Below the pieces are notes generated by a model. That model did not search any database. It was not told where the DNA came from and was given only the letters and a program-made list of their open reading frames with translations. From Camelus dromedarius (Eukaryota), in the NCBI RefSeq assembly GCF_036321535.1, contig NC_087459.1, positions 27,838,001 to 27,902,000 on the forward strand: DNA of 64,000 nucleotides, in the 5' to 3' direction. Positions 10,491 through 21,630 of the stretch are shown here, piece by piece. Numbering within the stretch: position 1 is the stretch's first letter; every line of letters starts with the position of its first letter. A program made the translations under genes and the position numbers.

Positions 10491-12994
10491 CCCCCTAGGC
10501 TCCCACTGGAACCTCAGCCATGCCTGGGCTCACTTTCCTGGGCTCTTCTGGGGCCTGGGAGGCCAGGGCTGGCAGCAGCGGAAGGCCTGGGCCAGGGTGG
10601 CTGGTCCCATAGCGATGCTGACCATGATCCCTGTGGAGCAGAGATGGGGCCTCAGCTCCAGAGCCGTGTAGGGAGACCTGCTCTCAGGGAAAGCCACGTG
10701 GGGCAGCGTCACCAAGCTGTCCTGGCATGAACTGACATCCAGTGGGCCACGTGTCACCTGATATCAGCTTGATAAATGGACAAATGGATCAGGGAAGAGG
10801 ACTTGCTGCGCCCCGCCACCTCTTCTGCCCGGTTTCCCTGGCGTGCGCTCTCTCTCTGTCCCCTCTCTTAGGTTTCTCTGCCTCTCACTCTCTTTTGTCT
10901 CTATTTTTAACTCTGACCAGCCCTGGGAACTCTCCCACTTCCTGCGGGGAAGCTGTCTGAGCTGGCCCGGAGACAGCATGACCGTTTCCCCATAAACACG
11001 AGATAGAATCAGAAAGCTGGCTTCTGTTCCAGGTTTGGGCTCAGTGGGGAGAAAGGGCAAAAATGGAGCAGAAATGAGGGGGAGAAAGACTGCATGTGTC
11101 AGGGATGGGGGATGTTCACAGCCCATCACCCCAGCTGTTGGCACAGAGGGAGTCACCCTGGGCCCTGCCCCCATGCCATTTGCAGCCTCCATGCTCCCCA
11201 TCTCCATGCCCTGCCTCCTCTCCAGACACCCAGTTGTCCCCTGCAGCAGGTGGCCCCCAGGGGCTATTCCGCCCCATCTTCCCCACAAGTGTGTATTTGC
11301 ACCCCCTGTTTAGCATGGGTCCAGGGCTCTCCTGGGAAGGCTGGCTCACACAAAAGGGCCTGAAGACCAGGCATTGCCAGAAGCCAGGCAGGCAGGAGGG
11401 GCTGTGAGGCCCAGGAGAGGGTGGATCAGCTGGTCTGGAGTCTGCTGGGTACGCCGCTTCCGGGTCTGAACTCCCTGGGGGATATTCCCACCTGGGGCAC
11501 AAGGATGCAAGATGTTACCTGAGAGAGGGGTCTCTCCAGGGTCTCAGCCACCCCTTTGGAGGCCCCTCCCAGAAGGAGAGTCCACATGGAGGGATTGGCC
11601 TCTTCGGCCACCCAGGACCCACTGGTTAGCCCCAGGCCAAGATGTCAGCGGCTCCCCCGGTGCCCCTGGGGACTGGCAGGGATGCTGGGTGTTGCAGGGG
11701 CCATGTTGCTTGCTGGGTGGGTTTGAGCTGCCCAGAGTCAGGCCTGAGGTTCTGGGGACATCCTGATGGGCCGAGGGCTCACAAATGCTGTTCCTTTTGT
11801 CCTGCTGCTGTTCCCATCTCCTGCGTCATCACCTGGAGCTCAAATCCTCCTGTTCCTTCAAGTGCAGCTCAAATGCTGCCTTCTCCTTGTGGCTGCCTGT
11901 GACTTCCTTCCACTGTCCCCTCTGAGTCTCAAGGACTCCAAGAATATCTCTTGGCTGCCCACAAACCCTGGTGGGATGAAAGGACTGAGAGAGACAGATG
12001 GGGAGCAGCGGACACAGGGATGGGGAGGCGCAGACACCCCTCAGCAGCCCCCCTCCCAGTCACTCCAGCCCAGCCCAATGAAGGCCACAAACAGAAGGCA
12101 CAGTGCTTCAGAGGAGGGGCTGCCCCTTGTCCAGGACTTACTGAGCGCCGAGAACTGGCCTGAACAATTCACATGCATGAACTCCGAAATCCTCGGGGCA
12201 ATCCCATGATTAGCCTCATTTGTCAGATGAAGAAACGGGGACATGGCAAGTGCCACCAGGGTAGAAAACACAGAGGATGGGAACCCAGCTAGGGGTGGGG
12301 CAGGGAGTGTCTCAGAACCCTGCCAGAGGGGAGTCGGGGTTGGGGGGGGGCTGCCAGGCCTTCAGTGGGAGGCAGGGGTGCCCAGCGCCCTGACCCCTGC
12401 CTCTGATCTGAGTAGCAGCCGAGTGGTCCCCTGCCCTTCCCCCACTCCCACCCCCAGCTTCCTCAGTGGGAGGATGAGGCCGGGCGTTTCCACTTCTTTC
12501 TGGAAGGTTCAGGAGATTAATGAGAACAAAGCACGAAACACCACTCAGGGGGATGAACTTCTGGGAAGTGAGGAACTGGGTCTGGGCAGAAAGCCAAGGG
12601 CAGAGTGGTCACCTGACAGAACCTGATCACCTGCTGCCCCAGGGCCACGGCTTGGCCCCTCTGCCCAGCCATCAGACCCCTGCGGAATCTTCGAGAATGT
12701 CAAAGACCAGAGGCCCTCTCTGCCTTGACAAGGCAGGAGACCCCTTCTCTTCCCATCACGGACCTACTCCAGCCTGGGCTGTTTGAGAGGTGAACTCTCA
12801 GGGCCTGGGGAGGGTGGCCGACGTGGCCTTGGTTGTCCCCAGCTGGCCTGCCTAGAGTCTAAAGCTCCATTAGCTGGGGTGAAGGCCTCAAGCAGAACAG
12901 AAGTAGAGATGCTAGGAGGGACAGTGGGGGTCCAGCCGGGGCAGCTAGGGAGGGGGACCCCAGTGAACTGAGGGCCAGGGGTCCCCAGTGCCCA

Positions 12995-13405
12995 TGTAAT
13001 AGGGAAGAACTTTTGTATTCTATTAAAGTTAGTCACTAGAGGGATGTTGCCTATGAGCTTAAATTACACATAACGGCCCATCTCTGGGAACCCTGCCTCC
13101 CAGGTAACGAGTGTTAAGCTAAAATACCTTTATTTAGCTCACGGGAAACAGCCTGACCAGGCCCACCTGTGAACGGCTTAACACCTCCACTCCGAGTCTG
13201 GCTGGAAGCAGGACTTTGCCCCCTTCCCTTTTAGTATAAAAGAAGCCTGGATTCTTACTTGGGGAAGAAGGTTCTGTGGACACTAGTTCACTATCTTCTC
13301 GGTCTGCTGGCTTTTCCGAATAAGGTCGTGATTCCTTGCCCCAAATCGTCTCTCAATTTATTGGCCTGTCCTGCGGGGAGCAGTGTGATCTTGGGCATGC
13401 TAACA
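12995..13405 (+). mobile_element. Solo ERV LTR (411 bp) with 4-bp target-site duplication
   Basis: Starts TGTAA at 12995 and ends TAACA at 13405; CCCA directly on both sides (12991-12994 and 13406-13409); TATAAAA 13235-13241; degenerate poly(A) signal AATAAG 13319-13324. A 4-bp TSD is typical of ERV1-class integrases. Confidence 0.82.
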
Positions 13406-14820
13406 CCCACAGTGCACCAGGAGCCGGGAAAGCGGAGAAAGCGGAGGGGAGCCCTCTGAGCAGGTGTGAAGGGTGTGCTGGAGCTCTCTGCGCAGGAGTC
13501 AGGCTGAGAAACAGGATCTGCCTCCACCTCCTGTCCCCCGCACCCCCGCACCCCCGCGACTCCAAGGCTCCCAGTTCCTGGCAGCCCAGCCAAGGTCCTC
13601 TCCGGAGCTGGAGCAGGAAGGCAGTGGCGCCAGAAGCCATGACAGGTTTATGTTCTGGCTGCGGCTGCGCTGGCCCCATGCCAAGTCCCCTGTCTTGCCC
13701 ATGGTCATCCTTCTCCCTTTGTAACTGGGGGAGGTGAGGCCAGGGTGTCCTGGGAATCACACGGTCCCCCCACAGCCCTGGGCTATCTCTGCTCAGAGGG
13801 TGCCCTGAGAGCTTTGCCTGGCCCCTTTGCCCCCAGCTCCCAGCTCCATTCCTACTCTTTCAAGTCCAGCCTGGTGCCACCTCTTCCAGAAAGCCCACTC
13901 AGATGATCTCCACCATCCATGGGAAGGGGTTACCCTTGGTTGCTCCAAGAAGCTGGGACAGAGATCTGGACCCAAGACTCTAGACTCCCAGCCTTCACCT
14001 TTCAACACCCAGGACTCCTGGTTTTTCACTTGCCTTGGCTCAGTTTCCCACTTTGAGAAGGGGCAATTTTCACCCACAGGGACTGGGGCCGAAAGAATTA
14101 AGTGACTGCTGCTCTGGGGAGGCCTCAGAGAAAGGGGATCTTTGAGCTTCCTCCTGGCAGCCCTGCTTGGCCACTGTTGGGACCCCCATGTGCACAGGGC
14201 ACCTCAGGGACACCAGTCAGCAGCCGTGTGCCTGCCTCTGCCCACCTCGGCTTCTGCCTGAGACCACTCTCGGCCACTTTGGGATGCCCCAAGGGACCTG
14301 TAACCTCTTCCCCCAACCCCCCCCCCCGCACAAGGGATCCCTGGGGAGAACGGGGTGGGAGGCAACATTCCCCTTTGCTTTGCCCCCACCTCAACTGGGG
14401 TCTAGAACATTCCCTCTCTGTATTTCCTCTGACTTCCTGTCTTTCTCTCTGCTTCTGTTTTTCTCCACCTATTTCTCTCTGTCTTTCTCTCTGAGCAGAG
14501 TCTTTTTCTCTCCCAAGGGGGTTGGGGGCCATGCTAGGAGTGGGCGACTTTGTCAAAGTGACCTTGCCTCCTTGGCTATAAAGCAGACACAACACCAGCC
14601 CTTCATGCCAGAGTTGTGGGGAGGATCCAGGGTGATGAAGCACGGCCCACACATAGTAGGGCAGCTTCCCTGTCCATGCAAAGGCGAAGATGGGAAGATT
14701 CCCTGACTCCTCTGAGGGCTAATGAGAGTATGTTCCCAAAGTTCCCAGCACTGAAAGATGCCTCCTGAGTTCTGCTGACATCAGTAGGCTCCATGTATAG
14801 CCACTCTTTGGGGTGCCCCA

Positions 14821-14957
14821 CCATTGCCCTACTTTACAGATAAGCCATGTGAGGCCCAGAGAGGCTGAGTTACTTGCCCACAGTCACACAGCAGGTACTA
14901 TTATAGTTGTGGAGCCAGGATTTGAAGTCAGGGGTCTGGCTCCAAGGCCCACACTCT
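14821..14957 (-). mobile_element. MIR SINE
   Basis: TTTACAGATAAG..TGAGGCCCAGAGAGGCTGAGTTACTTGCCCACAGTCACACAGC..GGAGCCAGGATTTGAA is the inverted MIR core. Confidence 0.7.
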
Positions 14958-15861
14958 ACTGTGGGCCTCATTTTAAAATTGTATTTAATGCTGTCTATCT
15001 AGATGGAGGTGGGTGTTGAGATTGGTGGGGAAGGGGGAAGCTGGGAACAGAACCCCACTGGCCTGTGAATGCCTCTCAGCCTGCCCGCTCCAGGGCTCTC
15101 ACAGCTGGCCAGTCCAGACTTCTTGGCACACTGCTGTCACTCGGCCTGGAGCCTGCCAGGGTTCCCTGTGGCCCTGGGCTCAGTCCAGAGCTCTGCGCCC
15201 AGCATCTATGGGTCCAGGGCTGGGCCCCTCTGACCTCTGTGCTGTGGCTGCCCTCGCCACCCTCAGCACCTCCGCCAACTCCCTCTCCGTGGCCCGCTCC
15301 CTCCTCAGACCTACTAACTTACAGCAATGCCTTTGATGCCCTATCCTCCCAGGGTCCTGGCCCCTCCCAGAAGTCCCCTCCTTGACACTGGCTGTCTGAG
15401 GGAGGAGGATGGAAGTGCAGCCCCAGAAGGCCTTTCCTCCAGGCAGGGACAGCTTTTCCCCGGGGGCCCTTGGGCATGGGGCCTCCAGCTCATTAAAATC
15501 CTTGAGGTCCGGGAAGGGATGGAGCACTGGCTCCAAAATCTTAAAACCACAACATTTTTAAAAATAATAAATGTTTACTTAAATTTCTTCTAAATGCAAC
15601 ATTATGTCAACTTCATCCATTGTTAAATTTAGGATTTTAAGACTTGTTACTGCGCATGGAAACAATTTGGAGGTCACATTTTCTCACTTTGGAAGAATCC
15701 CCAAGATTCCTGAGAATGCGTGACGTTTGTGGAGAAATCAAGAGCAGCGGTAAATCAAATGAGTTACTCGAACCTAAAGCGCTTCAAAAGCTAAGTTATA
15801 AGCTGCTTTTCAAATATTTTTACAGCCAAAGAAATGCATATAAAGTTGGGGTATATTTGCA

Positions 15862-16452
15862 TTTTTTAAATTGTGGTAAAAAAATAAAAACATGTAACAT
15901 AAAACATATCGCCTTAACCAATTTCTAGGTGTACAGGGCAGGAGCTTAAGGACGTCACGGTCACGCTGTTGTGCAACAAGTCTTCAGAAGTTTATCATCT
16001 TGCAAAACTGAAACTCTGTCCACATTAAACAACAGCTCCCCATTCTCCCTCCCTCAGGCTAGAACCCTGGCAACTGCTATTCCATTTTCTATTTCTGAGT
16101 CTGCACTAGACATCGCATGCAAGTGGAATCATACAGCATTTGTCATTTTATGACTGGCTTATTTCACTTAGTACAATGTCCTCCAGGTTAATCCACGTTA
16201 TAGCAAGTGTCAGAATTTCCTTCTTTTTAAAGCCTGAATAATATTCCTATATATACACCACCTTATCTTTATCCATTTATCCATCAGTGAACACTTCGAT
16301 TGCTGCCACCTCTTGGCGATTGTGGAAAAAGGCTGCAATTTACATGGGTGTGCAAATATCTCTGCAAAACCCTGTTTTAAATTCTTTGGGGTATATACCC
16401 AGAAATGGGATTGCTGGATCCTATGATAATCCTTTTTAATCGTTTGAGGAAC
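15862..16452 (-). mobile_element. L1 (L1MB-like) 3' fragment
   Basis: TTTTTAAATTGTGGTAAAA..AAGTGGAATCATACAGCATTTGTC..TGACTGGCTTATTTCACTTAG..GGGTATATACCCAGAAATGGGATTGCTGGATC is a typical inverted L1 3' end. Confidence 0.85.
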
Positions 16453-16464
16453 CTGGTATGAGTG

Positions 16465-16780
16465 CATTTTTTTTCATTTATTTTCTGGTTTTACTGGGAT
16501 ATGATGAACATATAACATTGTTCTAGGTTAAGGATTTGATATCGGTATATAATGTGAATGGACCACAATAAGTTTAGTTAACATCCATCACATATAGTTA
16601 CAGGGTTTTCTCCTGTGATGAGAACTTTTAAGAGCTACTCTCTTGGCAACTTTCAGATATAAAACACAATATTAACTAGAGTCCTCATGCAGTCCATGAC
16701 ATCCCCAGGACTTACTTATCTTATAACTGGAAGTGTGTACCTTTGGACCACCTTCACTCCTTTCCCTCACCTCCCACCCA
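16465..16780 (-). mobile_element. Second L1 (L1MA-like) 3' end fragment
   Basis: AAGTTTAGTTAACATCCATCAC..TGTGATGAGAACTTTTAAGA..TCTTATAACTGGAAGTGTGTACCTTTG resembles L1MA9-type 3' UTR. Confidence 0.7.
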
Positions 16781-17689
16781 CTACTAGGTGCATTGTTAAA
16801 TGTTTATTGGGGTGTGGAGCAGAGCCTTGGCTGATGTAGGTACAAAAATAGCCCTGAGTGATGGGCAAGGCATGCAGTGTGCAAGCTCAGCAGGGTCAGA
16901 AGTGAAATTGTGTTTTCCTACCATTCAGTGTCATCTTGATCGAACCCCCACTTCTCATCTCAGCCAATTTGGATCTGACTCTCTCCCTGGGGTAGCGCCC
17001 AGGGGGCTCACCTCTGTCATAGGCTGTTTTCCCATCCCTGGCAGAGGCTGGAGGGGTAGCCGGTCCTCCCAGCCCTTCCAAGTTTCCTCAGATGCTCAAG
17101 ACTGCAACTCAAAACATTTTTTTAGTCAACATTACTCACTTGCCATGAATTTCACAGACATGCTTTGAAACTCAAGAGCTGCCTCCTGTCCTGTGCTAGG
17201 AGAGCTACGACTCCTGCGAATCTTAGGCACTTTTGCTGGTGTGGGTCAAGATATTAACACTGACATTTTTCTGACCCCTTGGGTATAAAGACGGATGCAA
17301 TCCAAGCTGAATTCATTATTACATATCCATTCCTATTATACTCATATTTTTCATTCTAGTTCTAAAAGGAATTAAAACCTTTTTGTGGGTCCCTAAAAAT
17401 ATGGAGGCAGGGATTCTCTATCCAACTGACCACATGAGTTAGGGGCACAGGAAGTTCAGAACCATATGCTAACACTTCAAAGTGTCAATCCATTGAATTT
17501 CTAGCACCCAAGTCCACCCATGTCACTCTTTTGCTCCAAACCCTTCCCAGGAAAATGTCTGAGCTCCCCGTGCCCCCACCCCCTGCAATCAAGGCCCTTC
17601 ATCAGCTGGTTCCTATCTACTCTTCCGGTCTCAGGCACCATAAGCCTCTTACACCTCCCTCTTGGATGTTTCCAGAACACCCCAGCCTT

Positions 17690-18010
17690 CATCATGCTGC
17701 ACACCTTTGCTCAGGCTGCTCCCTCCACCGGGAGTATTCTCTTCCCACCTGGACCACATCGCGCACACCTGTGCATCCTTTGAGATCCAGTTCAAATGTC
17801 ACTTCCTCTTTGAATATCCCAAGCTCCCTCCCTCCTCTGTATTTCTCATTCATTTCTCCACTGTAGCACTTCCCCACCCTTTTATGTCCATCTCTTCCCT
17901 GTGAACCCCTTGAGGGCAGCTGGTTTTCCCAAGGATCCTCAGGGCCCAGCGCAGGTCACTGAATGCTGAATACGTAAGCAGATGACCAAGTGAATAAATG
18001 AATGAGGGAA
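17690..18010 (+). mobile_element. L2 LINE 3' fragment
   Basis: CTTTGCTCAGGCTGCTCCCTCC..ATCCTTTGAGATCCAGTTCAAATGTCACTTCCTC..CCCCTTGAGGGCAG..TGAATAAATGAATGA. Confidence 0.65.
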
Positions 18011-18559
18011 ATAGTAAATGAGAGCAGTGGTCTGCTCAGGAAAGGCATCCCCTCTGTAGCCCCCCACCGATGGAGTGTCTGGACTGGTGGTGGAGCCAGG
18101 CTGAGCTCCTCTCCGAGCCCCACCCTCTGACTCACCCGCCTCCCTAGAGACTGGTTTCTGGGAATGTGCTGGAAGCTTGGCTCGCCTCCCTGGCTGAAAC
18201 CTTTGCGTGGACCCTGTTCTGCCCCAGGAGTCCCCATGCTCACAGGCTGTGCACCGAGGTCACAGGGGCAGGGCAATGCAGAGGGAAGGGCCTCACCTGT
18301 CAGCGGGGATGTGGGTGAGGGTGGGCAGCAGCCAGAGACCACAGAGCCTCCTCCCTGCCTCCTGAGGTGGAGTGCACTGCAGCATGCCGGGAGCCTCGGG
18401 AACCTCAGGGAAAAGGGGTGACGGCACCACGAACCAAGTGAGAAACTCTGGGTGCCCGGAGTCCAGGTGGCATCTAGGGGTGCTAAAGGGACATCATCTG
18501 GGTGCAGCGTGGAGACGTTCAAGACCCTGCAGGGACTACTGTCACCCTTTGGGATGCCC

Positions 18560-18955
18560 AGCACCTGAACCACCTTCCTCCGTCCTTCCTCCTCCTGCAC
18601 CCCATCTTTGCAGGTAGGCCCCTCCTGGCACAGATGTTGACTGTGCTGTCACCGGCTTTCCCAGCATCATGGTGATGCAGGAGATGCAGGAGTACAGCAC
18701 CCGGTGTCCAGGGTCAGCATGAGAGGAGGGGCCTGGCCAGGGCCAGCCGCGAGGGTGTCTGCACCAAGCCACTTCCGGCATGCGATCTCAGTGAGTGCCG
18801 AAGCACCACTGTTCCTGGCTGGGTATGGCCTTTAGGCCTAGTTCTCTGGCTTTCCCCAAGAATCTGTTACACCCTCAATAGCCTCTTATGAACCCCTTTC
18901 TGTTTAAATTAGTCAGAGCTGGTTTCTGTTGTTTGGAACTAGAAACCAAGGAAGT
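18560..18955 (+). mobile_element. MaLR (MLT1-like) LTR remnant
   Basis: 3' end CCCCTTTCTGTTTAAATTAGTCAGAGCTGGTTTCTGTTGTTTGGAACTAGAAACC resembles old MLT1 termini; 5' boundary uncertain. Confidence 0.5.
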
Positions 18956-19629
18956 GTCGCCCCCAAAAGCAGAGAGGATTGTGGATGGCATCATTAAAGA
19001 CCTAGTGCCCAGAAGGGGGGTCTGATCTATTTGTGCCTGCTCTGAGTTGCACAGTAGGGAGGCCCAGCTCCACTCTGGAAGCTATACTCCAGAAGGATGT
19101 GTGACAAAGTGGAGGCTCTCTAGGGGACAATAACCAGGTCAGTGTGGGGTCTAGAATTCATAGTGCAGGAGGGGATCCTGGCTTGGAGCTGAGCAGGCTG
19201 AAGCCTCTGGGGGTGGGGGTCCAGGTCTTGCTCCCATCTAGAATAGTTTGAGGATGGACAGAGCTGCCTCTAGAGGCAGTAAGCTCCCCAGCACTGGAGG
19301 TAAGCAAGGACTGAATCCTGCAACCGGATGAAAGAAGCCCACCTTGGGCTTCCCTGGCTTGGCTTTAGGGTGTGTCTCCAGGCTAGGTAAAGAGCAACAA
19401 GCAAACACTAGACTTGGCACCACCTATCAACCTCAGTAACAGTAACAGGCCTCAGTAACAACCCACAGTGGAGGGGAGTGAGCCCCTAATCTACCAAGTA
19501 AGGCTTCTTCATACTCCCCAGGTGGCCTGGCCCAAACCCAGGGATGGGGGGTGGGAGGGGAACATGCCTGAAGGATGACGAGGCAGAGGGGGCAAATCTC
19601 AGTAACCGAGGATGACTGATATAGACTCT

Positions 19630-20320
19630 GATAAGCCACCTGAAAAAATAGCCCTAAGTACCCTAAGAAACCATTATTTTCCCACTGATCACTTAGCCAA
19701 AGATTACAGGTTAATAATGAGCATGTTGGCGAGGACTCCGGGGAGCTGGTACCTTCCTGTATGTTGGTGGCTGTGAACAGTGGAACCACCACTGTAGCAG
19801 GAAATTTGGCAAATCCTATGGAAAAGTCCCACATGCACACGTCTTCTGGCCCAGGGATTCCATTTCCAGGAATTTATCCTCGGCTACATTTGCTCATGTG
19901 CAAAATGACACGTGAGCCATGCTGTTGTTTGGTGAAAGCAAATGATGGCACAGACCTGCCCATCGACTAACAGGGGACATCAAAGAGATGATGGGTGGTA
20001 CATCCACACAACAGAAAACTGGGTAAGTGACAAAGAGAACAAGGATGCTTTGTGTGTACAGATGCGCACGGCACTCCGAGATTAAATAAGTGAAACTCTT
20101 AAATGTAACCACTAAGCTACAATTTGTGTATAAAAGAAAAAAAATATATGTCTACTGATGCACTGTAGGCAGAGACTGTTTAGAAGGGTGCACAAGGAAT
20201 CAAAAACAGTGGATGCCTCAGGGGAGGGAATCTGTGTGGCTGGGAAAAAAGAGACTGACTTTTCACTGAAAACTTCAATATTTTTTGAATTTGGTGTGCA
20301 TGTAGTGTATTAATAACAAC
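19630..20320 (+). mobile_element. Old L1 (L1ME-like) fragment
   Basis: CATGTTGGCGAGGA..ACCACTGTAGCAGGAAATTTGGCAAATC..CCCAGGGATTCCATTTCCAGGAATTTATCCT resembles degraded L1 ORF2 end and 3' UTR. Confidence 0.6.
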
Positions 20321-21149
20321 ATAGGAAGTGAAAACAGAATGTGACAGAAAGCAGAACCTGTGCTAGGCACCCACACACACACAGAGTGCATCCTTTGGCA
20401 GGTGTCACTGCTCCTCTTTGCAGGTGTTGAAATGGAACCAGCTCAGAGATGTTCAGGAAACCACCTAGCATCACTCAGCAAGGGAGTGGTGGTGCTAGGG
20501 CTGGGACCCAAGTCTGCAGTCACGCTTCAGGCAATACCCTCTGGCAGAGCCTGCTGCCCAGGGCCAGTTGCCGCTGTGCCAACCCCAGGACTGTGAACTC
20601 CATGTCTGGGAAATGGGACAAGTCTCGAAACTCAGCTCTGGACACAGAGTCTGGGAGAAGGATCCTGCCCCAGTGGAGAGGCCAGCGATCAGGGAGTTCT
20701 GGGGAGGCCAAGGCTAACCCGGCCCGGGGCCAGCTGTGTGACCTCCAGCAAGTAATTCTCCCTCTGTGAACCTAAGCGCCTCATCCAGGTTCCCATTCCA
20801 AGGATGTAAAAGGCTTAGTAAATGAGGTGACAACTGAGAAAGCTCCTCCTCCCAAGAAGGTTCTCAAAAATAATCCAAGTCTTTCAGACTGGCCCCCACA
20901 CCTCTGGATCCCCAAACGTCTGAGCTGCCCTGCCTCACCTTCTGGGTCTGTGTGACTCTAACACAAACACTCCTGCTGTTTGCTAAATTCATCCGATTGT
21001 CCGTCACTTCAACTTACACCTTTGTAGGCCCTCCTACGCGTCAGCCTAGGGTGGCCAGGGCTGCCTCCTCGCACGACCCCTCCCGCGCATCCCCGCACTT
21101 GCCAACACCTCTGAGGGCCTTGGTATAGGCACTCGGACCATGCCCGTCG

Positions 21150-21630
21150 CCCACACCCAGCCGTGGCTCAGGTTACTCGGCGCCTTGCTTCTCCACTAGC
21201 CTCGAGGGCAGCCCCCTTGCCCCTCAGCTCTAGCCTGCGCCCCCCGCCCACTCTGCGCAGGCCCCTCCCCACCCCTTCCACAGGCACCCAATGAGCGCCG
21301 CTTCCTGGACTTGCCCCGCCCACCAAGGGGAGTCCCAGCCGCCGATTGGCCCGCCCAGGAGCAGTGTCCCCCGCACGTGGGGCGGGGGCGGGGGTGAATG
21401 AAGTGGAAGCGATTCCTCCGCCCCCACGCTTACCTACCCAGCCCTGCGCTGCGCGTTCCCCGCGGAGCCCAGTCCAGCGCCGGCCCGTCCACCAGCCGCT
21501 GCACTGAACCCTGGTGTCCGGCTCCCCCTGGCCAGGACCCCGCGTCGCGGACCCGCGATGGCCAAGCGCAGCTCGCTGTCCATCCGCATCGTGGAAGGGA
21601 AGAACCTGCCAGCCAAGGACATGTGAGCGC
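21150..21630 (+). promoter_or_regulatory. RASA4 CpG-rich promoter
   Basis: CpG-dense stretch around the ATG at 21558, with CCAAT 21288-21292, inverted ATTGG 21345-21349, E-box CACGTG 21374-21379 and tandem GC boxes GGGGCGGGGGCGGGG 21379-21393. Boundaries approximate. Confidence 0.75.

Noticed and set aside
15540-15860. AT-rich island with a 94-aa ORF (15644-15928)
   Set aside because: No recognisable protein motif; it abuts an L1 and is probably a decayed transposon fragment that I cannot assign.
11240-16320. CTCF-like motifs (GCAGCAGGTGGCCC near 11243; CCAAGAGGTGGCAG on minus near 16305)
   Set aside because: Each has two mismatches to the core, one lies within an L1, and such matches are frequent by chance. 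A PWM scan and ChIP data would be needed.
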